From: Moraxella nasicaprae
Lineage (GTDB): Bacteria > Pseudomonadota > Gammaproteobacteria > Pseudomonadales > Moraxellaceae
Assembly: GCF_025643275.1 (NCBI RefSeq)
Contig: NZ_CP089977.1
Span: 1,620,001 to 1,652,000, forward strand
Direction of reading: 5' to 3'
Length of the DNA: 32,000 nucleotides
The position numbers and the translations under genes are program-made. How positions within the stretch are numbered: position 1 is the first letter of the stretch; each line of letters starts with the position of its first letter. The notes below the pieces were generated by a model that searched no databases, was not told the DNA's origin, and worked only from the letters and a program-made list of their open reading frames with translations. Positions 1 through 9,025 of this stretch are shown piece by piece.

Positions 1-40
1 ATGGCGTCATTGCTATGGGACACAGTCATCATTGCATACA

Positions 41-286
41 TTAAACTGACTGGCATTGTTCATGCAGGCGAGCATTAAGCTCATCGACCGTCAGCGACCA
101 AGCGGTGTCTGTGCCACATTCTTCGGTCAAAAAAGCTCGCTGTGCGGTCGTCCAAAATGCTGCCTCTTGTAAAATGGTGCTTGGTGCTAGTTGGTGTTTG
201 GCAATGAATGCCTCAATGGATACTTCGTCATTATCCAGACCCAGCTGAGCAAAGAGTGCTGCCATGCTATAATCTAAATCGTACAT
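41..286 (-). CDS. small DUF2789-like protein, function unknown
   Basis: 81-aa ORF with an AGGA-type SD a few nt upstream of the ATG at 286. The pattern LF.QLGL...I..FI..H.L...FW..AQ..FL.E....W...VDELN..L matches my recollection of the DUF2789 family. Confidence 0.5.
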   Translation of the reverse strand: MYDLDYSMAALFAQLGLDNDEVSIEAFIAKHQLAPSTILQEAAFWTTAQRAFLTEECGTDTAWSLTVDELNARLHEQCQSV

Positions 287-497
287 CTGTTTTTCCTAAG
301 TCATGCTTATGCCAAGCATATCAAAGTTTGCCCAAATCAGCAATAGTTAGACGATACACTTTGAGGCAAAAAAGTGGCAAGCACCATGCCAAACGCAATC
401 ACAAATCGTCAAAATCATGCTTTTGGCGGTTGGTATAAGCCAATCATCGCCTGAGCGATGACCAAGCATACCATCACCAAAAGGTAATGCCACACCC

Positions 498-530
498 ATA
501 AAAATATCCCCAACCATCAGGGCTGGGGAT
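498..530 (-). terminator. rho-independent terminator downstream of mdh
   Basis: Stem ATCCCCA (506-512) pairs with TGGGGAT (524-530). On the minus strand it is followed by ATTTTTAT, directly after the mdh stop. Confidence 0.55.
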
Positions 531-548
531 ATGTCTGACAAAGTCTGC

Positions 549-1532
549 TTATAGCAAGTGTGCAATCGCATCACGCTCTTCGGTCAGCTCTTTTAGAGTG
601 ATGTCGATACGCTCTTGGCTGAATGCATCGATTTCTAGACCCTGAACGATTTTGTATTCGCCATTTTCGGTGGTGACAGGGAAACCAAACACCACACCCT
701 CTGGAATGCCATAAGAACCATCTGATGGTACGCCCATGGTTACCCATTCGCCATTTGAGCCCAATGCCCAATCACGCATGTGGTCGATGGCGGCATTGGC
801 AGCAGAGGCGGCTGATGACAGACCACGAGCCTCAATGATGGCAGCCCCTCGCTTGCCAACGGTTGGTAGGAATACATTGGCATTCCACTCTTGGTCGTTA
901 ATCATCTCTTTGACTGATTCGCCATTGATGGTGGCAAAACGATAGTCAGCGTACATGGTTGGGCTGTGGTTGCCCCAAACGGTCAAGTTTTTGATGTCTT
1001 TGACGGCTTTGCTAGTTTTCTTAGCCACTTGGGTCAAGGCACGGTTGTGGTCAAGACGAAGCATGGCGGTGAAGTTTTTGGCTGGCAAATCAGGAGCAGA
1101 CTTCATGGCGATATAAGCGTTGGTGTTGGCTGGGTTGCCTACAACCAAAACTTTCACATCACGGCTTGCCACATCATTTAGGGCTTTGCCTTGAACGGTG
1201 AAGATTTTGGCATTTTCTTGAAGTAGGTCAGCACGCTCCATGCCTGGTCCACGAGGACGAGCACCCACCAGTAGGGCGTAGTCAGCGTCTTTGAAAGCGA
1301 CATTTGGGTCATCTGTGCCAATGACATCAACCAGCAGAGGGAATGCACAGTCATCTAGTTCCATGATGACGCCTTGCAGGGCTTTTTGGGCTGCTTCAAC
1401 TGGGATTTCCAATAATTGCAAAATGACAGGCTGGTCCTTGCCAAGCATCTCGCCTGATGCGATACGAAATAGTAGGCTGTATCCGATTTGACCTGCGGCA
1501 CCAGTGACCGCAACACGAACAGGTTGTTTCAT
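549..1532 (-). CDS. mdh: NAD-dependent malate dehydrogenase (long LDH-like type)
   Basis: N-terminus [18 protein letters not shown] (Rossmann fold), plus NPANTN and LDHNRA motifs, about 327 aa. The track start at 1538 is TTG. The ATG at 1532 lies 6 nt after AAGGA and is preferred. Confidence 0.93.
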   Translation of the reverse strand: MKQPVRVAVTGAAGQIGYSLLFRIASGEMLGKDQPVILQLLEIPVEAAQKALQGVIMELDDCAFPLLVDVIGTDDPNVAFKDADYALLVGARPRGPGMERADLLQENAKIFTVQGKALNDVASRDVKVLVVGNPANTNAYIAMKSAPDLPAKNFTAMLRLDHNRALTQVAKKTSKAVKDIKNLTVWGNHSPTMYADYRFATINGESVKEMINDQEWNANVFLPTVGKRGAAIIEARGLSSAASAANAAIDHMRDWALGSNGEWVTMGVPSDGSYGIPEGVVFGFPVTTENGEYKIVQGLEIDAFSQERIDITLKELTEERDAIAHLL

Positions 1533-1622
1533 CGTCAATCCTTATGTTTTGATAAATAAAAAATGATAAAAAATCTGTTGGATTTTATTTTGGCAAATCT
1601 TGTCAAAATCAAAATCGATTCT

Positions 1623-1631
1623 AGTTTAGCA
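1623..1631 (-). promoter_or_regulatory. candidate extended -10 element (TGCTAAACT) for mdh
   Basis: The minus strand reads TGCTAAACT about 90 nt upstream of the mdh start. Same TGnTAnnnT pattern as upstream of other operons here. Confidence 0.3.
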
Positions 1632-1671
1632 CTTTATATTCACAAAAACAAATGGTTAATGGGCAAAACGC

Positions 1672-1711
1672 CAAAAAATAAAAATCCAGCGGGTGTGATG
1701 CTGGATTTTTT
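1672..1711. terminator. bidirectional rho-independent terminator after slt
   Basis: Stem ATCCAGC (1684-1690) pairs with GCTGGAT (1700-1706), flanked by an A-run on one side and a T-run on the other. Confidence 0.65.
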
Positions 1712-1718
1712 GTGAGAT

Positions 1719-3722
1719 TTAGTAGGGTCTAACAACACCCATACGCTGACTGATGGGGAGGTAATTACCCAGTAATGCCCCATAGATGGTGGCGTTTTCC
1801 ATCACATGTTTGACATAGGCACGAGTCTCGCCATAGGGAATGGCTTCGACATACTGATCGGCACTGATGTTACCATAAGCAGGTAGCCATTTTTTGGCGG
1901 CATTAGGACCGGCATTATAGCCTGCGGTTGCAACGGCAATCTGCCCACCTGCACGATTGGCAAGGTCGTTTAGGAACCAAGTACCATAGCGAATGTTGGT
2001 GTCGGCATCGCCCATATTGCCTGTGCTTTCGCCCATACCACGAGCGATTTGGGTAGCAGTACCTGGAATGATTTGCATCAAGCCACTGGCGGCAGCACCC
2101 GAGCGAGCGGCTGGCTGAAAGCGACTTTCTTGACGCATGATGCCATACGCCCAGGCAGGGTCAATGCCAACATTGCGACTGTGTCTGATGACGCTGTCGC
2201 TGTATGGCATCGGGTGGGATAATGCTCCGTTTCGTAGGTTTGGCGTGTTTTCGATGGCATGAATACTGCGATGATAGTAGCCTTTGTCATGAGCCATCTT
2301 GGCGGCGTGTAGCACCAGTTGGGTGTTGCCTGTTTCTTTTGCCATACGCACCGCCCAGTTCCATTCACGATTGATGTGTTCTAGGCTGGCATTATTTTGC
2401 ATGAGCAAAAATGCACGAGCAAAGTATGGATTTGCCATCACTTGTTGTTCTTGCTGGCTGCTCAGAGCGGGCAGGGTGTTGCCACCAATATCGTTTAAGG
2501 TTAGCTTTTGACCCAAGCGGTCTTTGGCAAGCAGACCATAATAGTCAATCTCTTTGGCAAGTGATGTATAAATGGTGCGAGCCTGTCCAGCCTTGCCAGT
2601 TTGCTCATAGGCACGAGCCAGCCAGTATTGCCAGATGTTTTCTTGTTGGGTAACAGCACTCATGGTTCCGATGGCGTTAATGACATCTTGCCATTGCCCA
2701 AAATGAATGGCGGCTTGGGCATAATCTTCGGATTCTTCGAAGTTAAAGGGTTCGCCTAAGCTGTTTTGGAACCAACTGATTGCATCACGACTAAATCCCT
2801 CATCGGTATTGACATTCATTCGCTTGACGGCAATGCTTCGCCATGCATAGCGACGAGCCATGTCAGAAATCAGATGATTTGGGCGGCGATTATCGATGGC
2901 GATGTCATGAGTTAGTTGATTGGCAGCCTCCCAATGTGAGCGATGAGCCAGCAAGCTGATGGCATAGACATACAGATATTGGTTGGTTGGGCTAAATGCT
3001 TCTGTCTGAAAGCGACTTAAAAACCCCTGAGGATTGTTGCGTACTTCTTGAAGTGTACCATAATTGATGTTTAAGCCCAGCTGATTGGACAAGCTGACAA
3101 TATCGGCGGTTTTGTCGGTTGCAGGATTTTTGCTGGATAATTGGCGTTTGTCAATTCGCATCATGCGAATGAGCTGCTCGTGCTTATCGGTCTGATTGAT
3201 GCGTGGGTTGTAGCTCATTTCGCTGGCAAGTTTATCACACAAAGACTGTTTAATCTGCGTATTTAGCCACACATTTGGTTTTTGGTATAAGGCTCTCATG
3301 GAATCGGCAGCACTTTGGTTATAGCCCAAAGCGATGGCACAAGCCTCTGAGGCATCGGCATTTTCGATGGAGTTGGCAACAGCTCGGACGCTGGCGTAGT
3401 CGCCCTCACGAGCCTTAGTCTCGGCATAGTCAGCAGCCAGTTTTTCGCTCATCACATTGCGTGGATATTGACGCACAAATTCATTGACCGCATCAGGACT
3501 TTGGCCAGATAGGTTGTAGTTCATTCGCCAGTAGGTAGGATACATACCAAAGAGTGTGCCTTGCATACTTTGTTCGTATTGACGCATGGTGTTGGGATTG
3601 TTTTTTTGGCGTTCGGCTTCCAAAAATTGGTACACGCTGCCATCATTGGCATTGGCAAGCGGCAGGGCGGTTAGGCTGGCAAGAGAGAGTGCCAAAAGGC
3701 GATGGGCTGGTTTTAACATCAT
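1719..3722 (-). CDS. slt: soluble lytic murein transglycosylase (Slt70-like)
   Basis: Signal peptide ...ALPLANA, a long superhelical N-terminal region, and a C-terminal SLT domain with MRQESRF, GLMQI and AGYNAGP motifs. The ATG at 3722 follows AAGG; the track start at 3725 is TTG. Confidence 0.9.
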   Translation of the reverse strand: MMLKPAHRLLALSLASLTALPLANANDGSVYQFLEAERQKNNPNTMRQYEQSMQGTLFGMYPTYWRMNYNLSGQSPDAVNEFVRQYPRNVMSEKLAADYAETKAREGDYASVRAVANSIENADASEACAIALGYNQSAADSMRALYQKPNVWLNTQIKQSLCDKLASEMSYNPRINQTDKHEQLIRMMRIDKRQLSSKNPATDKTADIVSLSNQLGLNINYGTLQEVRNNPQGFLSRFQTEAFSPTNQYLYVYAISLLAHRSHWEAANQLTHDIAIDNRRPNHLISDMARRYAWRSIAVKRMNVNTDEGFSRDAISWFQNSLGEPFNFEESEDYAQAAIHFGQWQDVINAIGTMSAVTQQENIWQYWLARAYEQTGKAGQARTIYTSLAKEIDYYGLLAKDRLGQKLTLNDIGGNTLPALSSQQEQQVMANPYFARAFLLMQNNASLEHINREWNWAVRMAKETGNTQLVLHAAKMAHDKGYYHRSIHAIENTPNLRNGALSHPMPYSDSVIRHSRNVGIDPAWAYGIMRQESRFQPAARSGAAASGLMQIIPGTATQIARGMGESTGNMGDADTNIRYGTWFLNDLANRAGGQIAVATAGYNAGPNAAKKWLPAYGNISADQYVEAIPYGETRAYVKHVMENATIYGALLGNYLPISQRMGVVRPY

Positions 3723-3863
3723 CAATATACCTTATTTATCAAGAATTCTTGTCATTAGCGGGCGATAGCTTAACAAATTTACTTTACTTGGGTGTATAAA
3801 AGTTGTAACTGCTGAATTTTTTAATAATACAATTAAATTGATATTATCAAAATGCGATCAATG

Positions 3864-3872
3864 TGGTATTAT
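3864..3872 (+). promoter_or_regulatory. candidate extended -10 element (TGGTATTAT)
   Basis: TGnTATTAT lies about 45 nt upstream of the ATG at 3916. Confidence 0.3.
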
Positions 3873-3915
3873 ATATCAATCATAATCAGGTTAATATGGA
3901 TAGGAGAATGATTTG

Positions 3916-4287
3916 ATGAATAAATGGCAATCATACATCTTGGCGATGGCATTGTTGGGTTTTGGTGTCGGTCAATCGCAGGCAGCGATATATTTGGGTC
4001 AAGATGCCTCTGGGCATGATTGGACTTTTTTGGAAAAACGCATCGTCAATAAAGGGCTTGGCTACAAGGAGAGTTGGGCATTTATTGAGAGAGGCAATGA
4101 CAAGCGAAAGGTGCTGTATTCTTTTAATTGCAATCGTGCCAGCGTTGCTCAGCTTGCGGTTGATGACTATAAAGTGGCACGAGGGCGTGCTGACCGCCTG
4201 ATTCATTCGTGGCGACCTGTCAGACCCAGTTATTATCAGATTGGTCAAGGCACTTTTGAGGCACAGATGTATTATATCGCCTGTTAA
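3916..4287 (+). CDS. small secreted protein, possibly surface-adhesin protein E-like
   Basis: AGGAGA SD 8 nt upstream of the ATG. Signal peptide ...GVGQSQA/A. Two Cys (in NC, and the C-terminal residue). The segment Y..NC.....Q...D.Y aligns position-for-position with my recollection of Haemophilus protein E around its disulfide Cys. Confidence 0.45.
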   Translation: MNKWQSYILAMALLGFGVGQSQAAIYLGQDASGHDWTFLEKRIVNKGLGYKESWAFIERGNDKRKVLYSFNCNRASVAQLAVDDYKVARGRADRLIHSWRPVRPSYYQIGQGTFEAQMYYIAC

Positions 4288-4298
4288 GCATCATCAAA

Positions 4299-4335
4299 AC
4301 AAACACAAAATCTTGGCTGGGTTTTGTGTTTTTTG
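4299..4335 (+). terminator. rho-independent terminator
   Basis: Stem AACACAAAA (4302-4310) pairs with TTTTGTGTT (4322-4330), followed by a T-run. Confidence 0.7.
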
Positions 4336-4386
4336 ATGAGAATTGGTAGGTTGGCTGTGTGAAAATCTCCCATTTGCCAAATTTTA

Positions 4387-4395
4387 TGCTAAAAT
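4387..4395 (+). promoter_or_regulatory. candidate extended -10 element (TGCTAAAAT) for miaB
   Basis: TGnTAAAAT lies about 45 nt upstream of the ATG at 4440. Confidence 0.35.
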
Positions 4396-4439
4396 AGTGC
4401 GTTTTAATTTGATTTCTTTGGAATTTGGAAAACCCCGTC

Positions 4440-5897
4440 ATGAAAGTCGCTACGTTTAACCCAAAAGACCATCAAGCCATCAACAAGCCTGTGATGAATG
4501 CTGATGACTTGTCTGCCACAAAAACCGTAAAAAAAGTCTATATCGTTACCCAAGGCTGTCAGATGAATGAATATGATTCTGAAAAAATGGGCGATGTGTT
4601 GGGGCAATCGCACGGTATGGTCGTTACCAAAGACATCAATGAGGCTGATGTATTGCTGATGAATACTTGTTCCATTCGTGAAAAAGCCCAAGAAAAGGTG
4701 TTTAGTGAGCTTGGTCGTTGGCGTAAACTTAAAGAAAAAAACCCAGATTTGATTATTGGCGTAGGAGGTTGTGTTGCCTCCCAAGAGGGCGATAATATCC
4801 AAAAACGAGCCCCTTATGTGGACATGGTGTTTGGGCCTCAAACCCTGCACCGCTTGCCTGAGCTGTACGAAAATTCCCAAAAAGCCAAATCGGTCTTTGA
4901 TGATAAAACCAAAACCAAAAATCGTATTGGCGTGGTTGATGTCTCCTTTCCTAGCATCGAAAAATTTGACTTCTTACCAGAACCAAAGGTAGAGGGCTAT
5001 AAAGCGTTTGTTTCCATCATGGAAGGCTGTTCCAAATACTGCTCGTTTTGTGTCGTGCCTTATACCCGTGGCGAAGAGCTGTCTCGCCCCTTAGATGATG
5101 TGCTTGCTGAGATTGCTTCTTTGGCGGAGCAGGGCGTGCGTGAGATTAACCTTTTGGGACAAAATGTCAATGGCTATCGTGGCGAAAAAGATGATGGTAG
5201 TATTTGTCGTTTTAGCGAGCTTTTGCATTATGTTTCACACATTGATGGCATTGAACGCATTCGCTACACCACCAGTCACCCCCTAGAATTTACCGATGAC
5301 ATCATTGAGGCATATAAGACGCTACCAAAATTGGTGTCGCATTTGCACTTGCCTGTACAGTCTGGCTCAAACGCCATCTTGGCGGCAATGAAACGCAATC
5401 ACACCATTGATGTTTATATCAATCAAATCAATAAGTTAAAGGCGATTCGTCCTGATTTGCATTTATCAAGCGATTTTATCATTGGCTTTCCAGGTGAGAG
5501 CGATGCAGACTTTGCTGATACGCTCAATCTTGCCAAAGAACTAGACTTTGACCATTCATACAGTTTTATCTACTCAAAACGCCCTGGTACGCCTGCTTCT
5601 GACTTGCCTGATGATGTAAGTTTGGACACCAAAAAAGCCCGTTTGGCAGAATTTCAAGAAGTCATCAAAAAATCCACCTTTGCCAAAACGGAGGCGATGG
5701 TCGGTCAGACGGTTAGGGTGCTGGTCGAAGAAAAAGCCGATCGCTATGAGGGGCATTTGCACGGTTCTGCGGACAATACTCGCTCGGTGGTTTTTGCAGG
5801 AGGCGAGGAGCTGTTGGGTAAATTTGTTCTGGTCAAGATTACTGCCGCCAAAAGCATGCATTTGGTGCTAGGTGAGCTGGTGTCGGTGCTTGATTGA
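4440..5897 (+). CDS. miaB: tRNA-i6A37 methylthiotransferase MiaB
   Basis: N-terminal Cys triad ([26 protein letters not shown]), radical-SAM motif [15 protein letters not shown], and a C-terminal TRAM-like region. The first ATG in frame is 4440; the track start at 4425 is TTG. Confidence 0.93.
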   Translation: MKVATFNPKDHQAINKPVMNADDLSATKTVKKVYIVTQGCQMNEYDSEKMGDVLGQSHGMVVTKDINEADVLLMNTCSIREKAQEKVFSELGRWRKLKEKNPDLIIGVGGCVASQEGDNIQKRAPYVDMVFGPQTLHRLPELYENSQKAKSVFDDKTKTKNRIGVVDVSFPSIEKFDFLPEPKVEGYKAFVSIMEGCSKYCSFCVVPYTRGEELSRPLDDVLAEIASLAEQGVREINLLGQNVNGYRGEKDDGSICRFSELLHYVSHIDGIERIRYTTSHPLEFTDDIIEAYKTLPKLVSHLHLPVQSGSNAILAAMKRNHTIDVYINQINKLKAIRPDLHLSSDFIIGFPGESDADFADTLNLAKELDFDHSYSFIYSKRPGTPASDLPDDVSLDTKKARLAEFQEVIKKSTFAKTEAMVGQTVRVLVEEKADRYEGHLHGSADNTRSVVFAGGEELLGKFVLVKITAAKSMHLVLGELVSVLD

Positions 5898-5924
5898 TTA
5901 TTTTTATTCAAAAAAACTTTTAGT

Positions 5925-5960
5925 AAAACCGATGGTCAAACTGTCGGTTTTGCTATTTTT
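5925..5960 (+). terminator. rho-independent terminator after miaB
   Basis: Stem AAAACCGA (5925-5932) pairs with TCGGTTTT (5944-5951), followed by GCTATTTTT. Confidence 0.65.
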
Positions 5961-6064
5961 GGGATTTGGTGGTAGTATAACAATCATCATCAGCACCCAG
6001 ATATTCATTTGTGTTTTGATGTCTTGATTTGATGATGTTTTATGTTTGATGATGTGATGTTTTA

Positions 6065-7723
6065 ATGATGTTCAAAGGAATGAGACTGCCTTACTTGTTT
6101 CGCCAATCGTCTTTGCAGATTGGCATACATCTGACCAACACCGCTGCTTATGCGGTGGTGTTGGATAATGAGCAAGGCCATCCTTGTGTGCTGGATTATT
6201 GTTTGGTTGGGCGAGATAGTGAGCAGTCCGCCATAGCACAGCTGGCACGATTTTTTGACAAATATCAACAAGATAAACCAAGTGTCAATGTTTGTATTTT
6301 GCCAGAGGTAGTAGCAAGCAAAGAAATTCGATTACCAATATTAGCCAACGAAGATGAAATTTTGGCTCACATTTTGCTTGACGCTGAACAGTATATCGAC
6401 ATCCCCCTTCATGAGGCGGCGTTTGATTTTTTGGTATTGCCCAATCAGACTGATGGCAATGACCGACATCTAAACATCAAATTATTTACCGCTTACCAAT
6501 CTGCCGTCGATCAGGCGGTGGCATTTTGTGCCAGTCTTGGGTTTGAGCCAATGACGGTCGAGCCTCAGATACAAAGCCTGCAACGAGCATTGGCATCAAT
6601 GCTTGAACCACAAAAGCATTTTTTGGTGGTGGACATTGATGAAATGCAATCTTTGATTTATTTTGCTCATCAGCATCATCTTAACCATATCCAAACCTGC
6701 CCAATGGGTGCAGGAGTGATGTCATTGTTGAATCATCAAACTGACGATTTGGATAAAGCAGATGAGCGGGTCGGTCACAAAGTGTTTATCGAGCAGTCTT
6801 GGCAAGAGCCATCATCGCCGTCATTTGGCATTACTCGGATTGAGTTTGGCGAGCAATATGATGATGTGCAAGCACCTTTCACGCACCAATCTCCTCTTGT
6901 GCAGAATTTCAATGGACAGACCGATGAGGCGGTACTGGCACAGCAGCTGACACAAACCATCAAGCGGCTGCAAATCAATCAGGCTGATATGGCTGGTGTG
7001 ATATTAACAGGGCTAAATGGTAATTTGCCTAATCTTGCCTCAATACTTACCCAAATGCTTGATATGCCAGTTGAATGGGCGACATCAAAGATACAGACAG
7101 CCAAAGCCACTGATGGCATGATGCCAGCATTGATGGTGGCGTATGGGCTGGCCTTAAAAAGTGATGATACTGCCATCAATTTTTTGCCTTGGCGAGAAAA
7201 CAGACGATATCGCCAGCAACGCCAATTCGTGCGGTTGTTATGGTCGGTGGCGATATTTAGTCTGTTGTTGGTGCTGGCGGGCTGGGCGTTCTTATGGTTG
7301 CAGATTAGCCATCAGCAGAGTATCAATGATGTCATCAAACATCAGATTGATGAACAGGCACAAAAAATCAGCCAAATCGAACAAATCAAATCGTCATTGG
7401 GGCAGATTGATGAACAGCTTGGTGCGGTCAATGCCTTGCAAGACGCTAACATCGCTTTGCTTGATGAATGGCAGGAGTTGCCCACCTTATTGGGCGATGG
7501 GGTGTATTTGGTGTCGATTGATGGGGCAAAAACGGTGCAGATTGCTGGCGTGGCAAAACAGCTTACTTTGGTCGCAGATTTTGCTAGAAATTTGGAAAAT
7601 ACAGGACGCTATCAATCCGTGATGATTACACAAGTGGCAAATAATGAGCAAGGATTGGTGGATTTTGTCATCAGTGCAGATAGGGCGAATGCCGATGGAG
7701 CTAAGCTTGATGACTCAAAATAA
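6065..7723 (+). CDS. pilM-pilN: type IV pilus assembly protein, PilM-PilN fusion
   Basis: One uninterrupted 552-aa ORF. Residues 1 to about 365 form an actin-like PilM-type region ending ...AYGLALK. These are followed in frame by the canonical PilN N-terminal peptide INFLPWRE (7175-7198), a basic stretch, one TM segment (LLWSVAIFSLLLVLAGWAFLWL) and a coiled-coil/periplasmic PilN-like domain. Confidence 0.8.
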   Translation: MMFKGMRLPYLFRQSSLQIGIHLTNTAAYAVVLDNEQGHPCVLDYCLVGRDSEQSAIAQLARFFDKYQQDKPSVNVCILPEVVASKEIRLPILANEDEILAHILLDAEQYIDIPLHEAAFDFLVLPNQTDGNDRHLNIKLFTAYQSAVDQAVAFCASLGFEPMTVEPQIQSLQRALASMLEPQKHFLVVDIDEMQSLIYFAHQHHLNHIQTCPMGAGVMSLLNHQTDDLDKADERVGHKVFIEQSWQEPSSPSFGITRIEFGEQYDDVQAPFTHQSPLVQNFNGQTDEAVLAQQLTQTIKRLQINQADMAGVILTGLNGNLPNLASILTQMLDMPVEWATSKIQTAKATDGMMPALMVAYGLALKSDDTAINFLPWRENRRYRQQRQFVRLLWSVAIFSLLLVLAGWAFLWLQISHQQSINDVIKHQIDEQAQKISQIEQIKSSLGQIDEQLGAVNALQDANIALLDEWQELPTLLGDGVYLVSIDGAKTVQIAGVAKQLTLVADFARNLENTGRYQSVMITQVANNEQGLVDFVISADRANADGAKLDDSK

Positions 7724-8345
7724 TCACTCGTCTTTTAGGAGCTTTTGGCAAGAACTTCATACGCTAGATAAGGACAATCTGGGACAGGCGTCGCCCATGG
7801 CTAAGGGGCTTGTTGTGCTGATGATGGTCATCATCATTGCGATGATTGCTCATCTTGTTATCATTAATCCTAGTAGGCAAAAACTGATGGCGTTGCAATC
7901 AACACAGCAGAGCCTGCTGACAGAGTACCAAGAAAAATATCTGATTGCTCGTAATTTGCCTGCATATCAAGAAAGACAGTTGCAACAAAACAACCGCTTG
8001 CAAGGTCAGATTTTGGCATTGCCACGCACCGCTCAGATGAGTTTGTTTGTGGAGCGTATCAATCAAGCGGCACAGGCTCATCAAGTGACGGTGCTAACCA
8101 CCAGCATTCGCCCGATGCTGCAGCAGACTTATTATACCCAAAGACCTGTGCAAGTAACCACACAAGGCAGTTATCATCAGCTGGGTCGTTGGCTGCATGA
8201 ATTGATGACAACCATACAGCCGCTTGGTATTGATGACCTTAAATTGACCGCCCAAGATGGTCGTCTAGTCAATATCAGCATCTTACTAAGCACTTATCAA
8301 GCACCCAAAGAGATTTCTTTGCCAACCAGTGATGAGGGTCAATAA
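7710..8345 (+). CDS. pilO: type IV pilus assembly protein PilO
   Basis: Start MTQNNHS... overlaps the pilMN stop by 14 nt. The pattern L..LD..NLG..........TM helix then coiled coil is typical of PilO. The longer track ORF from 7644 would overlap pilN heavily. Confidence 0.8.
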   Translation: MTQNNHSSFRSFWQELHTLDKDNLGQASPMAKGLVVLMMVIIIAMIAHLVIINPSRQKLMALQSTQQSLLTEYQEKYLIARNLPAYQERQLQQNNRLQGQILALPRTAQMSLFVERINQAAQAHQVTVLTTSIRPMLQQTYYTQRPVQVTTQGSYHQLGRWLHELMTTIQPLGIDDLKLTAQDGRLVNISILLSTYQAPKEISLPTSDEGQ

Positions 8346-9004
8346 TGAAAATATGGCGATGTGGTTGGCTGTTGGCATTGTGTCTGGTGGCGTGTCAGGA
8401 CGATGTTAATGATGTGGTCAAAGAGAAGCTAGACCCTATTCATGATTTGCCCAGCGAGCCTGACAGTTTGCCAATCCCAAAAAATCCGCCTGTATTGACA
8501 GGGTATCGACAGATGGGTAAAGACCCATTCGTCAATCCCTATCATCACGCAGTAACAACCAACACGCCAGCCCATCAAAACCAGTCATCTGACAAGTCGT
8601 CCGATGAAGTGGCGGTGCAGCACCCATCGGCTGATACAATTCGTTTGGAGGCAGATGTCAAACCTTGGGAGAATGTACCAAAAACAGCAGAATCATTGCC
8701 AAAATCAGACACCAAATCAAGCCAGTCGCCAGTCATCAAACAACCCAAGCCAGCACCTGCACGCAACAAAGAACCGCTGGAATATCAGTCATTAAGTCAG
8801 TTAAGCTATCGTGGCAGAGTGTTGGTCGATGGGCGTTGGGTAGCACTTGTATTCGACCAACATGGCTTGATGTATGAGCTTGTCATTGGTGGATATCTTG
8901 GACAAAATCAAGGTAAGCTCATCGCTATTGATGAACAAAAATTGAGCATTTTAGAGCGTGTTGATGGGCAAGAACGCACGGTTTATCTGCCTTTGGCACC
9001 TTAG
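8345..9004 (+). CDS. pilP: type IV pilus assembly lipoprotein PilP
   Basis: The ATG overlaps the pilO stop (TAATG). Lipobox LVAC, a long Pro/Ser/Lys-rich linker, and a C-terminal beta domain (RGRVLVDGRWVALV...). Position between pilO and pilQ fits. Confidence 0.8.
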   Translation: MKIWRCGWLLALCLVACQDDVNDVVKEKLDPIHDLPSEPDSLPIPKNPPVLTGYRQMGKDPFVNPYHHAVTTNTPAHQNQSSDKSSDEVAVQHPSADTIRLEADVKPWENVPKTAESLPKSDTKSSQSPVIKQPKPAPARNKEPLEYQSLSQLSYRGRVLVDGRWVALVFDQHGLMYELVIGGYLGQNQGKLIAIDEQKLSILERVDGQERTVYLPLAP

Positions 9005-9025
9005 ATTTATAATAAGGATAAAGTG

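Noticed and set aside
1-78. Open plus-strand frame running off the left edge (…MASLLWDTVIIAYIKLTGIVHAGEH, stop at 76-78), and a minus-strand frame running off the right edge (…LLTNHDDKIHLIEN, stop at 31956-31958).
   Set aside because: They are too short to identify and cannot be distinguished from chance. They may be the 3' ends of flanking genes.
347-418. 23-codon minus-strand ORF MILTICDCVWHGACHFFASKCIV (4 Cys, 2 His) in the mdh/DUF2789 intergenic region, and a hydrophobic 33-codon TTG frame overlapping the mdh terminator.
   Set aside because: Neither has an SD or a credible promoter, the region is only about 200 bp, and chance ORFs of this size are expected. Not reported as genes.
4404-4880. 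158-aa minus-strand ORF opposite miaB. Similar antisense ORFs occur at 571-771, 2078-2368, 9407-9963, 10589-10856, 15770-16279, 24125-25081, 25726-26097 and 30800-31198.
   Set aside because: All lie fully inside well-supported genes on the other strand. They have no SD or recognisable motifs and have odd composition (Cys/His/Arg-rich). They are shadow ORFs.
7161-7622. 153-aa plus-strand ORF starting at the PilM/PilN junction, considered as a possible separate pilN.
   Set aside because: It is in a different frame from the PilN-like sequence. The INFLPWRE motif, TM helix and PilN domain are all in the same frame as PilM, and this ORF's translation is Cys/Arg/Trp-rich nonsense.
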